NCBI GenBank assembly: GCA_043228905.1
Contig: JBHGNT010000008.1
Span: 22,134,001-22,198,000 of the forward strand
DNA: 64,000 nucleotides
Direction: 5' to 3'
DNA from: Azolla caroliniana
Lineage: Eukaryota; Plantae; Polypodiophyta
Positions 25,017 to 37,915 of this stretch are shown here, piece after piece; position 1 is the first letter of the stretch; the number at the start of each line of letters is the position of its first letter. Both the position numbers and the translations under genes were made by a program. Under the pieces are notes generated by a model. It saw nothing but the letters and a program-made list of their open reading frames with translations. It searched no databases and had not been told where the DNA came from.

Positions 25017-26765
25017 CTAATACAACACCTCCTCGGCATATCCAGGGTCTCTGTAGCCTCTTTTGAGTGCATTCCATGAGACGATATTTGAAACCATAAT
25101 TGTGCTAAATATTTTCTGTATAGTTTCTCCTTTTCGAGCATAACCCAAATTAAACTCCATCTCAAAACAATTTAGTGTTTCATCAAAATATCCATGTTCT
25201 ATAAGCCTTGTCATCATTGCATTCCATGAGACCACATTTGTAGTTTGGAGCCTCTGGAACACATCTTTTGCTTCAACAATCTAAACAAATTTTGCATACT
25301 TCTTATCAACTACAGTATTTCTGACAAGAGTCTCTTTTTGGAGTCTTAATTTAACAATTTGACAATGTACCCCTTGCCCCTTGTTAGGGGTCTCTAAAAA
25401 CTTCATGTTGTAGACAAAGGTGGCCAAACTTGGGAATATACCCTCTGTTTGCATTTGGTTTAGCATATATTGAAGCTCTTCAACATAACCATACTCAACA
25501 TATCCACAAATTAATGTTGTCCAAGATACTACATTTCTAGTTGGTAGTCATGCTCAACATACCCTGCGATAAAAATCCTTCCATTAGTTTAAAAAAAAGG
25601 CATATAAGCTACAACATACAAAATAGATGGAAAGGATGCAACTATTCTTACCAAGCCCGTCTTGTGTAAGACAATGGCTAGCCATGGATCCTTTGTTTAA
25701 CTTAGTTGAGGAAACGAATCTATATACATCCAAAGCAGAGGAAAACAACCAACTAACAGGGAGTAAACTTCTAGATTAATCCTGCAATCAGTCAATCGAA
25801 AGATTGGAATGCAGCTCCAAAGCTTCCGAAATGTTATTTTTAGTAGTAATCCATAATCCGAATGTGTAGGAATCTTGTCGTTTTCAGCTTTTAGTGAACT
25901 CATCAATTCTGATGAAACGGAAGTAATGGTTTCTTGGACCAACATTATTTGACCCTAAAACATCCGCTCACACTATGCTTTCCGTAGAGATTGTGCAACT
26001 ATTGGAGCCAATCTATCCCACAGCTCCTCCATCCATCTCAAAATCTAATTTCATTTCAGTATGTACTACCAATTCTCCAATGTTGCCACATGCTTTCAAC
26101 ATACCAGAAAATGTCATCATATTAAGTAAGAAGCCTTGCACAAGCATTTGAGGATAGAGTTGTATAACATCCTCATTCTTATCATGCTTAGTAAAGCCTA
26201 ATAACATGCCAGTCCATTGTACCACATCTCCAACCAGCAATAAATCATCAAAAAGCTCTCGAGCTTCAATTATTGCTCCACATTCACGATACCAACAAAA
26301 GGATCTTTTTCAAATCCTTCTTTTGTATCCACCAAAGCATTGTTAAGCATGATATCCTTCTCCATGAAGAAACCTTTATTTATACTCTCATCATGGATCT
26401 TTTCCCCTTTTTCAATAGATCTAGTGTTTCAACAAGCCGTTAGGATGCAAATATATATGATCCTACTTGGTGAGAGACCCTCACTTTGCGTCTTCTGGAA
26501 ACAGTTCATTGATTCCTTCTTTACAAATCCCCTAGGCTACCACATGAACTTGAGTGGCTTTGCTAAGGTTTCCTAGGCTACCACATGCTTTCAAGAGGCA
26601 GGGAAAAATTACTACATCTGCAATGATAGCCTCATTCCTCATCAATTCAAAGCATTCAAGAGCTTCATGCACTTTCCCTTGTTCAACATACCTTGCCATC
26701 AAATTAACCAAGATACCACATCCCGTAGACATTGTTATCATTATGACAAACTTCTCACACCTCAT
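25017..26765 (-). pseudogene. Degenerate PLS-class pentatricopeptide repeat gene
   Basis: Fragments NVVSWNAMM..EHGYFDETLNCFE, VVQWTGMLLGF, TFSGMLKACGNIG, FPCLLKACGSLG split by stops and frameshifts. Confidence 0.8.
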
Positions 26766-29044
26766 TCATAATTGCTTACCATACAATCTTCCTAATATAA
26801 ATTCAAAGAGAATATGAATCAAAAACAACTTTTGGAATGTGACTTTTTGTTTAAATCTTCATACTTCTCTTAGGGAAAGCCACCCTCTAGAAATTAGTTG
26901 TGAGGTCAACAACCTAACCACTAACTATTAGAACACTAGAGATAATTTTCTCGTCAATTGAACACTAACGTTATTGCGGTTTCGACACCATGACTTGGCT
27001 CAATTGAAAATATATTGTTCGTTACCTCTTATATTAATTCGTTTGTCGCCTTTGAATTTTCCAAACAATTCATTTTTAGAGTAACTTCTTGTCCACATTT
27101 TTCATCTAATTGTGTGAGTTTTTAACTATAATTTATTATCTAAACATGCACGTAGTAGATGCTATGGGGAAAGCTACATAGGTAAATACATCATCTACTA
27201 GGAAATGGATTAGCCCTATTAGCCTTGTTTGAACAATGGAATGTGCAACGAGTTTATCTCCGTTTTTTATTTTTATGCAAGGGGCCTTAGACGAGGCTTT
27301 GCAACCATTTTGATTGTCAAGTCTTACCAATGTAGTCTTGTTCTCTAATTAATAATGTAGTACATCTCGTATTTAAGATCTATTTTGATTGTTTCATTTA
27401 TTCACAAGTGTGTGTTTTATCTACCCATCCACTTCAACTTCTTTATCGAATCAAGATTATTCTTTTGTTTCTCTAGCAAATATTGGTACTTCTAGATAAT
27501 TTTGTAATGATATTAGAGTGGTTTCAATTCTTGTCCTATCATATGAAGGTTTTAGATTATCAAATACAAGCTCCCAAATCTCAATTACATCAAAGGATAG
27601 AGTAGCGAGGGTATGGCTAGGGTTCAAAATTTGAGGTTCTAGTTTCGCAACCAATGTTATTTCATAACTTTTCCACATTTTGTACTCATTTCATCAACCT
27701 TTCACCCATTCTATGGAGTATATTCTCATTTCTTACACATCCATGTTTCAATCATGTTTGACATGAACTTTTGGTTTTATATATGTGGTTTAAGGGTCTA
27801 TCCTTCAAGTCGAAGGTCAGATGTTCACATCCAATTTTTTGGATGATTGAGAAAGGGTCTACAACCTTATTTCTTTCCATCTAGCTCATGCTTAAGTTAT
27901 TCGATGTTCAAGAATTGAAGTTGCCGCAAAACCTAAACCTAGGTTGAGAGATATATACACACTAGAGGGATTTGTCATGGTATGAAAATATGTCCAAATT
28001 TTGTATTTTCATACCTTATGGTTTTGCATGTCTATGAGAGCAACACCATATGTGGACAACAAATCCCTATCATTGTTTTTTCAAGTAGTATAGGTGACAA
28101 GCATTTTGAATTTCTTCCTTTATAAATTCTCATGCAATCCATAAAGGAAGCTTCCACATTCAAACCAAACAACATCATGGCAAGCACATCCTCCCAATGC
28201 ACAATGTCTTGACTCTTCAAGAAAGAGAAGAGGCACCAAGGGAAAAGCAGATAAGGAGGCCCAGATGGATGTAGCTCAGTCGGTAAGGTTACCCAATGGC
28301 GACCAAGTGGTCATGACAACCCCTACATTCCACAATGGCATCTATTGAATTAAGAGATATGTATGGAGTATATAATAGAGAGGTGAGTAAAATTGGGTTT
28401 CGAACCCAAGACATTGTGACGTCTAGTGTACCAACTTACTAATAGGGTAAGCTAATTATGATAAAAAGAAGAAGATAAGGAGGCATTGGGGGATAAAAGC
28501 TAAACTGGATAATTAAGAGCACACAGAGGTTCAAGATAAGCAACATTGTGAGGTGTTGGTGTGGTAGCAATATTTTCAAGACAAGAACTAGAAAAGAAAT
28601 GTATAGTAGATGCAATTTATTTTAACATTTTAGAGGTTTCAAGCATTACACGTTCATGTTGTCATTGGTATAAACTTAAAGCACATACCTTACGAATTTT
28701 GTAGGCCAGTTTTCACTTATTTCATTTTCATGGTATGTTATTTGCGTTTTATAGCATTGCACTTTATATAACTCATTCTTTGTATGTTCTTGAGTGTTTT
28801 TGTAGCACTTTCTTGTAAACGGCAATACTATTGTTTTGGCTCCTTATTTTCTTGAAACCATGTCAATGTCAATATCTATGCTGCAAAGAGATTTTAGTAG
28901 CAAACTGTAATTATACATTTTTCACATGTTGCAGTAAAGAGAGTTTCTACGATGAAACACAACCTCACACTCATTGCCGAAAACATAGTGTACCATTGAA
29001 TTTATATATTGAATTTTAAATTTCCAAGAGGTAAGTTGTGGAAT

Positions 29045-31510
29045 GTGTAAGATTTTATTGGGGCAAGTAATGACATTTATAGGAACGACAACAGTTGCGT
29101 TTCAGTGGCAGGTGAAAGGGGCCCCTTTTTCCGAATATCCCGATCTGTACGACAAGGATGCCCACTAGCTCCATCCTTATTTCTATTATACGCTGAAGCA
29201 CTCTCTTGCTTTCTCAACTCGCGGCATCTCAACCTACGTGGTCTTCCCGTGCCTCATTCTCATCAAAGCATCATGGATATACAATTTGCAGATGACACAA
29301 CGGTCTACCTGCAGGGGGACTTGGAAAACCTACAAAAGCTTGAAAGTGGGTTGCAAGAGATCTAATGCCATGATCAATTGGCACAAATCCAGTGCAATAT
29401 GGCTTTCTCATGAAACACATCCTGCGTGGCACCCACATCCCGCTTTCAAATGGATCAATCAAGGAGCGAACACCAAATATTTGGGTTTCCAAATTGGTTT
29501 CAACATACCACCAGAGACTATGATTGCACCCGTTATGCATTCTATTCGACAAAAGTTGATACAGTGGAGTTTGAAAAAATTGGCGTTAGCGGGTCGCATC
29601 ATAGTGGCAAACCAGGTACTACTCACAACAACATGGTACAGTCTATCATGTTGGACAATCTCCAAGGACAGTATACATCAGATTCAACAACTGATACGCA
29701 ACTACATTTGGTTTGGTAAGGAAGATCATGTAACTCACGCCAAGGTGGCATGACCTATACTCACAACACCTAAGTCGAGAGGGGGATTGGATCTGGTTGA
29801 TCCCCTATCACAATCAAAAGCCTTACTTGCCAAATTTGTGGTACGAGGACTCCAACCAGGAAATGACTATTGGAAAATGCTACTGCGGTTACGTTTCGCT
29901 TACTTTAGGCCACGAAAAGGGGTTAATTGGGCCCCCCAAACAGGATGGATTCTACATATGAATCTCAAACCTTGTTTCTCTCGCCAATTGGAGGATAGAT
30001 TCAATGCATCCATGTGGAAGGCATGGTGTGACATTAGACGAGGGCTCAAGTGTGATCAACCGAGTTCCGAACCTGCCTGGCTCAGTCAACGTATCCTATG
30101 GAACACATGTATCAAGGATGAATCTAATCATCTACTTGGATCAAGTAAGGGGTTGTCATGGGGATACATTGCAGAAGGTTCGGGGGAAAAGTATAGAATG
30201 TTGGAGACAGTTTATGTCATTGCCACTACAAGATCAAGCCAACATACTCCATGGCATCAGGGGCGGATGGACTATGAGATCGGAAATCAATAACGCACTA
30301 CTGATTAGGGAAGCCGCTACTCATAGGACGACAATGGAGAAATGGATAGGCTACGAGGAGGAGGGATCTTTGATCCCGAGAGGTAGGGGATCACTAGATA
30401 GGATCGAAGGCTCTGAATTGCGAGACACTGAGCCACCAACACAGAATAACGCAATTTGAGTACTCGCGTATACTGGTCATAAATGGATTGTAGATCCTGA
30501 CCCGATCAAAGTACAACCCGATTGGCACATATGTACTCATGAAAACACATGGCTATGTAAGGTTAGTTTGGACCCTTTGCAATGGACATAGCGTGATCCT
30601 TACGCGGAGCAAGGAAGCAAACCCATCCCTTTCTTCCAATTCACAACTAGATTGGGTCGCCACATCCTAGCTGCTCAAACTGCCCTAGAGCCGGTTGCTG
30701 CAAAGGTCTAGCCCACATATCAAGTTCCTCACACAATTATCACCAAGTTTTGGCAGAAAATCTGGAAACAACAACACGTGAGGCGAATTACCACGTTCCA
30801 ATGACTATTAATACATAAGTCACTACCGGTGGGAGCATGGCAACGTGGGAACCTTAGCTCTCCTAATTGTGTAGAGTGTCCAAATGCAGTAGAATCAATA
30901 CGACACGCTCTGTGGGACTGCCCAACATCCCATCGAATATGGCGGGGGGTTGGCCGCTTGTTGCAATTATGCCAGGTGCAAGGCTCAATCAAGTGGGGAA
31001 ATATACGTTGGCTATCATGGCAGACCCCAGTTGGAAGATACGAGCATCAGGAGGAGGGGATGACTTTGGTGATAAAAGCACAAGAGGTTTTTTTCTCCAC
31101 CATCGGCTATGTCCACTCAACTCCTCTTAATAACAAATCTCAAGTTGTGTTGGAATTGGTCAACCCAATAACTCTTTGGATTCTATGGAAACAACAGTGT
31201 AGACGGGTCTTCTCCAACCAATCCGCGCATCCAACAATGTTACTGCAAGAGATATGGAATGAAATTGTAGCCACTCTAAAGAGCCAATATGATGGCCTCA
31301 AGGGTAGCTCCGATGGAGTTGAAAGACAATGAATAGCCTTCATCCAACAATGGTCATCCTCTCCCTTTCTTGAGTCAATGGGCATCCACATAAGATGGAA
31401 CTATCATGTCCCTACAGGGATTTGTACATAATCATCTCATTTGTAAAATTTTATAACTAATGGAAGGTGTTTTTTTTTGGAAAAAGAAAAAGACAAAAGA
31501 AAAAAGAAAG
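29045..31510 (+). mobile_element. 5'-truncated, decayed L1-like LINE (RT and zf-RVT)
   Basis: RSVRQGCPLAPSLF, QFADDT, KYLGF, CVECPNAVESIRHALWDC, LWILWKQQCRRVF; A-rich tail ~31480-31510. Confidence 0.88.
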
Positions 31511-32809
31511 ATTGGGATCTATTATGGTTTTCTCATTTTGACTATATACCAGTTGTCTAAGTTAGTCCATATGTAAAATGGAAAACATATCTATAATATG
31601 TTTCTTGAAACCTATCAATATCTATTTGATTTATTCTATATTTGTGAGGTCTTAATATAGGAAAATGAAACAATCTTTTAATGAAACCCAAATGTCATAT
31701 AAAAATTCTCAACTACCAATCAACTTACAAAAGATAATTTTTCTGATAGAATCAAGGTACGGTCTCCCCCTTTGCCATTCTCCATATGTGCCCATTAACC
31801 ATTACAGAAGAAGACAAAGAATGGACATTTTAAAAGTGTGTTTGTTCGGGTTATGTAAATACCAACATGTTGAACTTATTAGTATAAAGCATTGATGACT
31901 TCAATAAACCAACACACACACACACACACACACACATATAGAGAGAGAGAGACTACTTGGAACGTGCTTTGACTAGTTTCATGACATTGGTTGCTCTAAA
32001 GGAGCAAGTGCACCCATAACATTGTTGATTGAATGAAAGTGGTAACATGGAATGTGAGAGGGGCATGTTCTCCTCATAAGAAGTATATATTATGGGAAAC
32101 TTTGTAAGTAGAGAATGAGATATATTATGTGCAATTGAGCATAAGTGTCATGAGTTAGCAGGATCTACAATTCATTTGCATGGATATTTATCATTATATG
32201 CAAGACATCTTAGTAATCATTATTTAGGTGTGGTATTAATTTTGCGGGATAAATATTATCCTCAAGTGGTGCATAATGATCTTTATGGTCGGTTTTTGGT
32301 TATAGAAATCAATTTTCTTGGCCAAGTTGTGGTTGGTTGGGATTTATGCCCCTAACCAAGCCACTCGAATGTGTTGCATTATGGGCCCCACTTATTCAAG
32401 CCCTATCTATGGGTTGTCTAGGATTACTTATGGGTGATTTTAAGATGTGTGTTGATGCATCACAATCTATGTTTGAACATTCAATCATGGATGATCCTAA
32501 GCAAGTTGCTTGGGTTTCATTGGCTATGGAGGTTCTGAAGTTGGATGTTTGGACCTGGTTGCATGGGAATGATCTAGGTTTTACCTTCCAATCTGCTCAA
32601 CATAGACAGACATGGAGTCGGTTAGATAGAATGTATGTGATACACGATGATTCTTATTTACCGACATCACTTCGTATGATAGTTCAACAATATGTAGGAA
32701 CTTTAGATCACTTTCTTATTTGTTTGGAGGTTTGTAGTCATGCAATTGACATGTATAAATCCTTACATGGAAAGCCTCCATTACACTTTAACTCTTCTCT
32801 TTTGCTTCA

Positions 32810-33270
32810 ACCTCACTTTGATTCTCTCATGGAGCAAATTTTGGTGAATTTTTCACAACAAGTGAATCTTAAAGTAGTTAAAGCATGGGATACAACTTTA
32901 CGAAACATTAAGATTATTCATCGTATGCATAGATTGACACATGCGTGATATTCTCACTTTGATTCTCTCATGGAGCAAATTTTGATGAATTTTTCACAAC
33001 AAGTGAATCTTAAAGCAGTTAATGCATGGGATACCACTTCACCTCACTTTGATTCTCTCATGGAGCAAATTTTGATAAATTTTTCGAAACAAGTGAATCT
33101 TAAAGCAGTTAACGCATGGGATGCCACTTCACCTCACTTTGATTCTCTCATGGAGCAAATTTTGGTGAATTTTTCACAACAAGTGAATCTTAAAGCAGTT
33201 AAAGCATGGGATACCACTTTACGAAACATTAAGATTATTCATCGTATGCATAGATTGACACATGCGTGAT
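32810..33270. repeat. Tandem duplications (~90-bp unit, 4 copies) within the LINE
   Basis: CTCACTTTGATTCTCTCATGGAGCAAATTTTG...GCATGGGATA repeated. Confidence 0.85.
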
Positions 33271-34451
33271 ATTCTCTAGTCGCAATATTCTCCATATTCG
33301 AGAATACGAAATGGCCCCAAGAATATTAAAAAACCATTCGTTTTACAAAATAAATATAAAAAATTTATTTAAATAAATGTATTTCACCAAAAAAAGAACA
33401 ATTATTCATTAATAGATTATAGTGTCACGAGAGTTTATGAAACTTATTTTAATTAATCAATTAATTAATTAAATTTTAAAACGAATATTTTTATATTTAT
33501 TATACAAATATGATTAGTATGAACTTTGAAGATATGATTAGTTTGAAGTACTATTTTTAATGTCAAGATAAAAATAGCCATAATTTTGAGGGAATAAAAA
33601 GTGAGAAATTAATGAGCCTTTATTTTATTTTATTTATTTATTAAAAATAAAATGAATACTTATAAGTTATACATTTATTATAAAAATTTAGTAGTGTCAA
33701 GTCCCCAAATCCCTCTTTTATTATTCCTATTTATTATCAAGTTCCTTTTTTTTTACCCTAGGAAATTTAAAAAAAAAAAAGTTTCGATGTTGGTGGGTGG
33801 GAGGTAGAGTGAAGAATGGCTCCAACCCCCTCCCCCACCCAAGGGGTTGAGCGTGAGGGGGGTAAGACAGAGAGAAAGAAACCTAGAGAGGAAACTTCTT
33901 CTTCTTTCATTCATGCTCGATATGGAGTTATATGGTTACATGAGGGTTATACATCACGAAGATAGTTCACGAGATATGTAGGGGTATATACCCCTCTAGC
34001 CATTCACACACAACTTATTTGCACTCTTTCATATTTGCACACATGCACACAAATGTGCATATGTTCATACAGATGGTATACCAACATACTCATCACACTC
34101 ACTCTTGTGCACATGTACACATACACTTACAACAAGCCTACATACAAAGACTTTTACACTTATGTACACATCCATGTACAATTGTATGGATAACATGGGT
34201 GTTGTATAAGATATTTACAAATTTATTGACAAATGGATTACAAAACTATTTGCCAAAGTTGTACATCCTGCCCAATATGGTTTTACTGTAGGTAGGAATA
34301 TATTGCATAATGTGTTGAATGTTCAAATGACCATGGATTATGCATGAAACATTCTTCAATAATTGATTATGATGCAATTAGATTTGGAAAAAGCTCATGA
34401 TAATGTTAATTGATCCGTTGTTTTTGAGTTAATGCATAAAATAGGCTTTGG

Positions 34452-34958
34452 TGTCATGATACAGTGACATAAAATACATAATTGGTGAGGATTGAACCTA
34501 CAACCTCACTCAACCAAATATCATTCTCAACCATTTTAATATGAGCATGTATTTGTATATATGTGCTTGATCTAGAAATACTCTCTAGTCACATACCTCC
34601 AGAAAGTTATAGAAGTAGAAGGTTCTAGAGGGTTCTAAAATATTCTCTAGAATATTCTAATGTATGTGTTCACCTCACAGTATAAATACTTGTAACCTCC
34701 TTGGTCCCTTTCAAGGGATTCAGCATTAGTCATTGACACATCAATCTAGTATTCTCGTTTCACCCCATCGTGTCTCCTTGATCGTTATCTCTATCTTCAT
34801 TCTCTTGTGTCGTTCCAAGTGTTTTAAGTTCCTCACCTCGTCACTCCCAACTTGCTGAGTTTCTAGCCTCGTCACTTATAGCTCTAAGTTCATAGTCGGT
34901 CGCTCGTAGCCCCATCATTCGTGCTCCATCGTAGCCCAGGGTTGGTGTGTTCGTGACA
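34452..34958 (+). mobile_element. Solo LTR inserted in LINE RT
   Basis: TGTCATG...GTGACA termini; TSD TTTGG at 34447-34451 and 34959-34963; TATAAAT at 34681. Confidence 0.88.
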
Positions 34959-35472
34959 TTTGGACCACGTATGTCTCGCCTCATATTGTTATTAGGATAC
35001 GATGCAGTGTCTCAAGTAATGCTTAATGGGATAGTTTCATCAGATATTGTCCTCACAAGATCTATTCTTCAAGGATGCTTACTTAGACCATTGTTGTTTG
35101 CTATTGTTACTCATCCCTTGTTATTGGTGTTACCAAGGCCATTTCATGTACGCTTAAAGGTTGTACAATGTATTATGGAACCCATGATATTATATTACTT
35201 GCCATTGTTGCCATGGGCAAAGAAGGTTTTGCATTCTGTTTTGCAACCTCTTTGATATTTGTTGTGGAATAAGATGGGAATCACATGGGTTGCGTGGAAT
35301 CATTTAGCAACCTCTAGGTGATTGGGGGGAGTTGTAATATTGGACTTATTTATGCATATGATGGCTCAGAGATTTTCATTATTACAAGACATGTGTTCAA
35401 ACTCACAACAATGGATATGTATTGTTCAATATTTCATTGAGAACAAGGGTTTAACACATGGGAGGACAACTA

Positions 35473-35895
35473 TTAAGGCTTCATGGTGGCAATTACTGAT
35501 TGGGTGTATTTCACGTAAGATTACAAGCTCTTTATGTGTTCAACACTTGGTTATGCCATGGCAAGTAGTCCTCTTATTATGTGTATAGAAACCATCACCC
35601 AGTATAGGACAATGATTAAGGCTTCATGATGGTAATTACGAAATGAATGTATGTCACTTAAGATTCCGGTCTCTTCATGTGTTCAACAATTTGTTATCTC
35701 ATGGCAAGAAGCCCTCTTATTATGTGTATGAAAACCATCACCTAGTAGAGAACAATGATTAAGGCTTCATGGTGGCAATTGTTAAATAGATGTATTTCAC
35801 TTAAGATTCTGGGCTCTTCATGTGTTGAACACTTGGTTATCTCATGACAAAAAGCCCTCTTGTTCTATGTATGGTAACCATCACCTAGTATAGAG
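35473..35895. repeat. Tandem repeat, 3 x 143 bp, within the LINE
   Basis: TTAAGGCTTCATG recurs at 35473, 35616, 35759. Confidence 0.8.
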
Positions 35896-36283
35896 CATTT
35901 TAATTCTTTGCAAAAAGAGTTACTTGTGCCTTCTCGGTTATTATGCTGGCCAAGAAAGGAGAGATTGTACTCTTAGTTTAATCGTTTGGGGGTCAAAGAG
36001 GTGGGAGACATAGTTGAGGCTCCATCTTAAAGAATTTTGGAGTTTGTTGAAGTGCGACAATTAGTACACATCTCACCTAATTATGGGTTTATCTGGCAAC
36101 AACTGGTAACAAAATATTGCATTGATGCAAGTTCCTTTACCTCTACAAATAAGAGAAAAACCGTTGATTGATTGGTGTTTACGGGGTCAAAAGCCGTTGT
36201 TACAAGTGATAACTAATCTGCTATATCAGTGATTTGTTGAGTCTCTTGGATGGCCATCATCTAAGGATGAAGAAGAATGGAAA

Positions 36284-37915
36284 TGTTAGCCTGCCGACAA
36301 CCGACAGTTGTAACCAATAGACACAATAGGTCGAACGTTCTATCAAGATGATTGTGGTGGAGAGATGGGTTAGTCGACACTAATTCTACATTCAGAGCAT
36401 AGTTGCACAAAGATTAGTTATTACGATTAGACATATACTCTAGATCGACTATTAGATATAATATAATATGTGCAATAGAGGCTGAATTCAAACATGCGAC
36501 AGATAGAAAAATCGCAAAGTAGTTGACACAACAAATACTCTAACTACCAAAACTTATATTAACCAAAATAGACTGATATAAGTATAGTGCTCTTGGTCCC
36601 TTTTTATAGGTGATCCGAAAGCCTCTCTCCAAGATTACACTTTCCTTGTTCGGCAAGAACCTACAGTTATAACAAAACCGTTCTATTTCCTAAATTACTA
36701 TATTTTTACAGCTGACGAAAATTACATTTTAAAAATCTGTCTGACCCAAGCCGAGCTGCAAAAAGCCAACGAACGCATCGCGGAGTTGGAAACTAACGCG
36801 ACTACGGCGCAACAGGCAGCTCCACCACCAAACCACACCATCAAAGCCTTGAAGGAAGAGATTGAGGCTCAAACCGCCATTACCTCAAAAGTAAAAAGGG
36901 TCGTACAACTAGTGGAATCAGAAATTGACCGCCTCTGCATTGAACTTCGCCAGTTCTCAGACAGGGAAAAGGACATCCGGGCCAACGGCCTAAAGGTAGT
37001 AAAAACCCAAACAAAAGAACAAAATGCCCAATTACGAGAGGAAGCGAAGAAATCGGAGGCGGCAATCGTGGAACTCCGGCCTTTATTGGAGAAAAAGAAG
37101 GCATGGTTCGACGAGCAGCTGGTGGGCGAACAGGAAAGAAGGCATCAACTCGAGATCCGCCTAAACAATGAAATGAGGAAATTAGAAGAACTACATGCGA
37201 AGGAATCCCAACTGTGGGCGGGTATGAAGAGCACGTATGAAGAAGCGGCGGCAATTAGTCAGCAAGAAATTGCAAACCTCAAGAAGTCGGTGGAAGAAGC
37301 ACGCAACCGTTGCTAGGCCATCACAGACAATGTGCTTATCCTTCTACAAACGAATCGGGAGAGGTTTACAGTGCAATTGAAAATGGCGTTGGACAAAGGA
37401 TGGATGGCATGGGTAGCCCAAGCGGTGGAATTGCACGCGTATCGTGCGGACTGGGAGAACCGGAGAAAAGACGGTTGAGGCTTCTATAAACTCAATGAGG
37501 AGAGCATTGCGGCAGTACGCGAGGACCTATCGCAGGACTATCGTGCACTAGCAGACCAACATTCCGAAGAACTCGCGTAGCTATTAGATGATTTTGGTGA
37601 AAGTTAGGAGGATCTGTTTCACCAGATCACGCAAGCCAGCAGCACACGAACAAATGAGGAACCCATCGCGACACCAATTCCGGATACTACCGAAGAAGAG
37701 GAACCTCGGGCCAAGTCACCAGAAATCACAACTATGGTGAACAGCGCGGAACAGCGAGCGGAGTCCCCCACTATACCAAACAGCGAAACCTCTGCCCAAG
37801 AGGAACCCCATCTACCGGAGCATACGCTATCGGACGACCACACGGAGAACGTTGCGGACCAAGCGAAACCACAACCCCACTCCCCAGAGTGTACAACGAC
37901 GGCCGACACCGCTCC
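36284..37915. mobile_element. Probable LTR-element 3' fragment (LTR on minus) carrying a plus-strand coiled-coil pseudo-ORF
   Basis: Starts TGTTAG; minus-strand TATAAAA ~36602-36608; one + frame ~36740-37915 with heptad-rich then P/E/T-rich sequence and a few stops. Confidence 0.5.

Larger units (their letters stand above)
32033..36283 (+). mobile_element. Decayed L1-like LINE ORF2 (endonuclease-RT) with internal duplications and insertions
   Basis: MKVVTWNVRG at 32033, LLMGDF, SRLDRMY, LDHF; LDLEKAHDNVN ~34380; RSILQGCLLRPLLF ~35060. Confidence 0.8.

Noticed and set aside
32970-33269. Repeat-protein ORF (MEQIL..FSQQVNLKAV..WD x3)
   Set aside because: Product of a 90-bp tandem duplication inside a dead LINE.
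33277-33950. AT-rich insert in the LINE as a possible MITE
   Set aside because: No convincing TIRs or TSD could be identified by eye.
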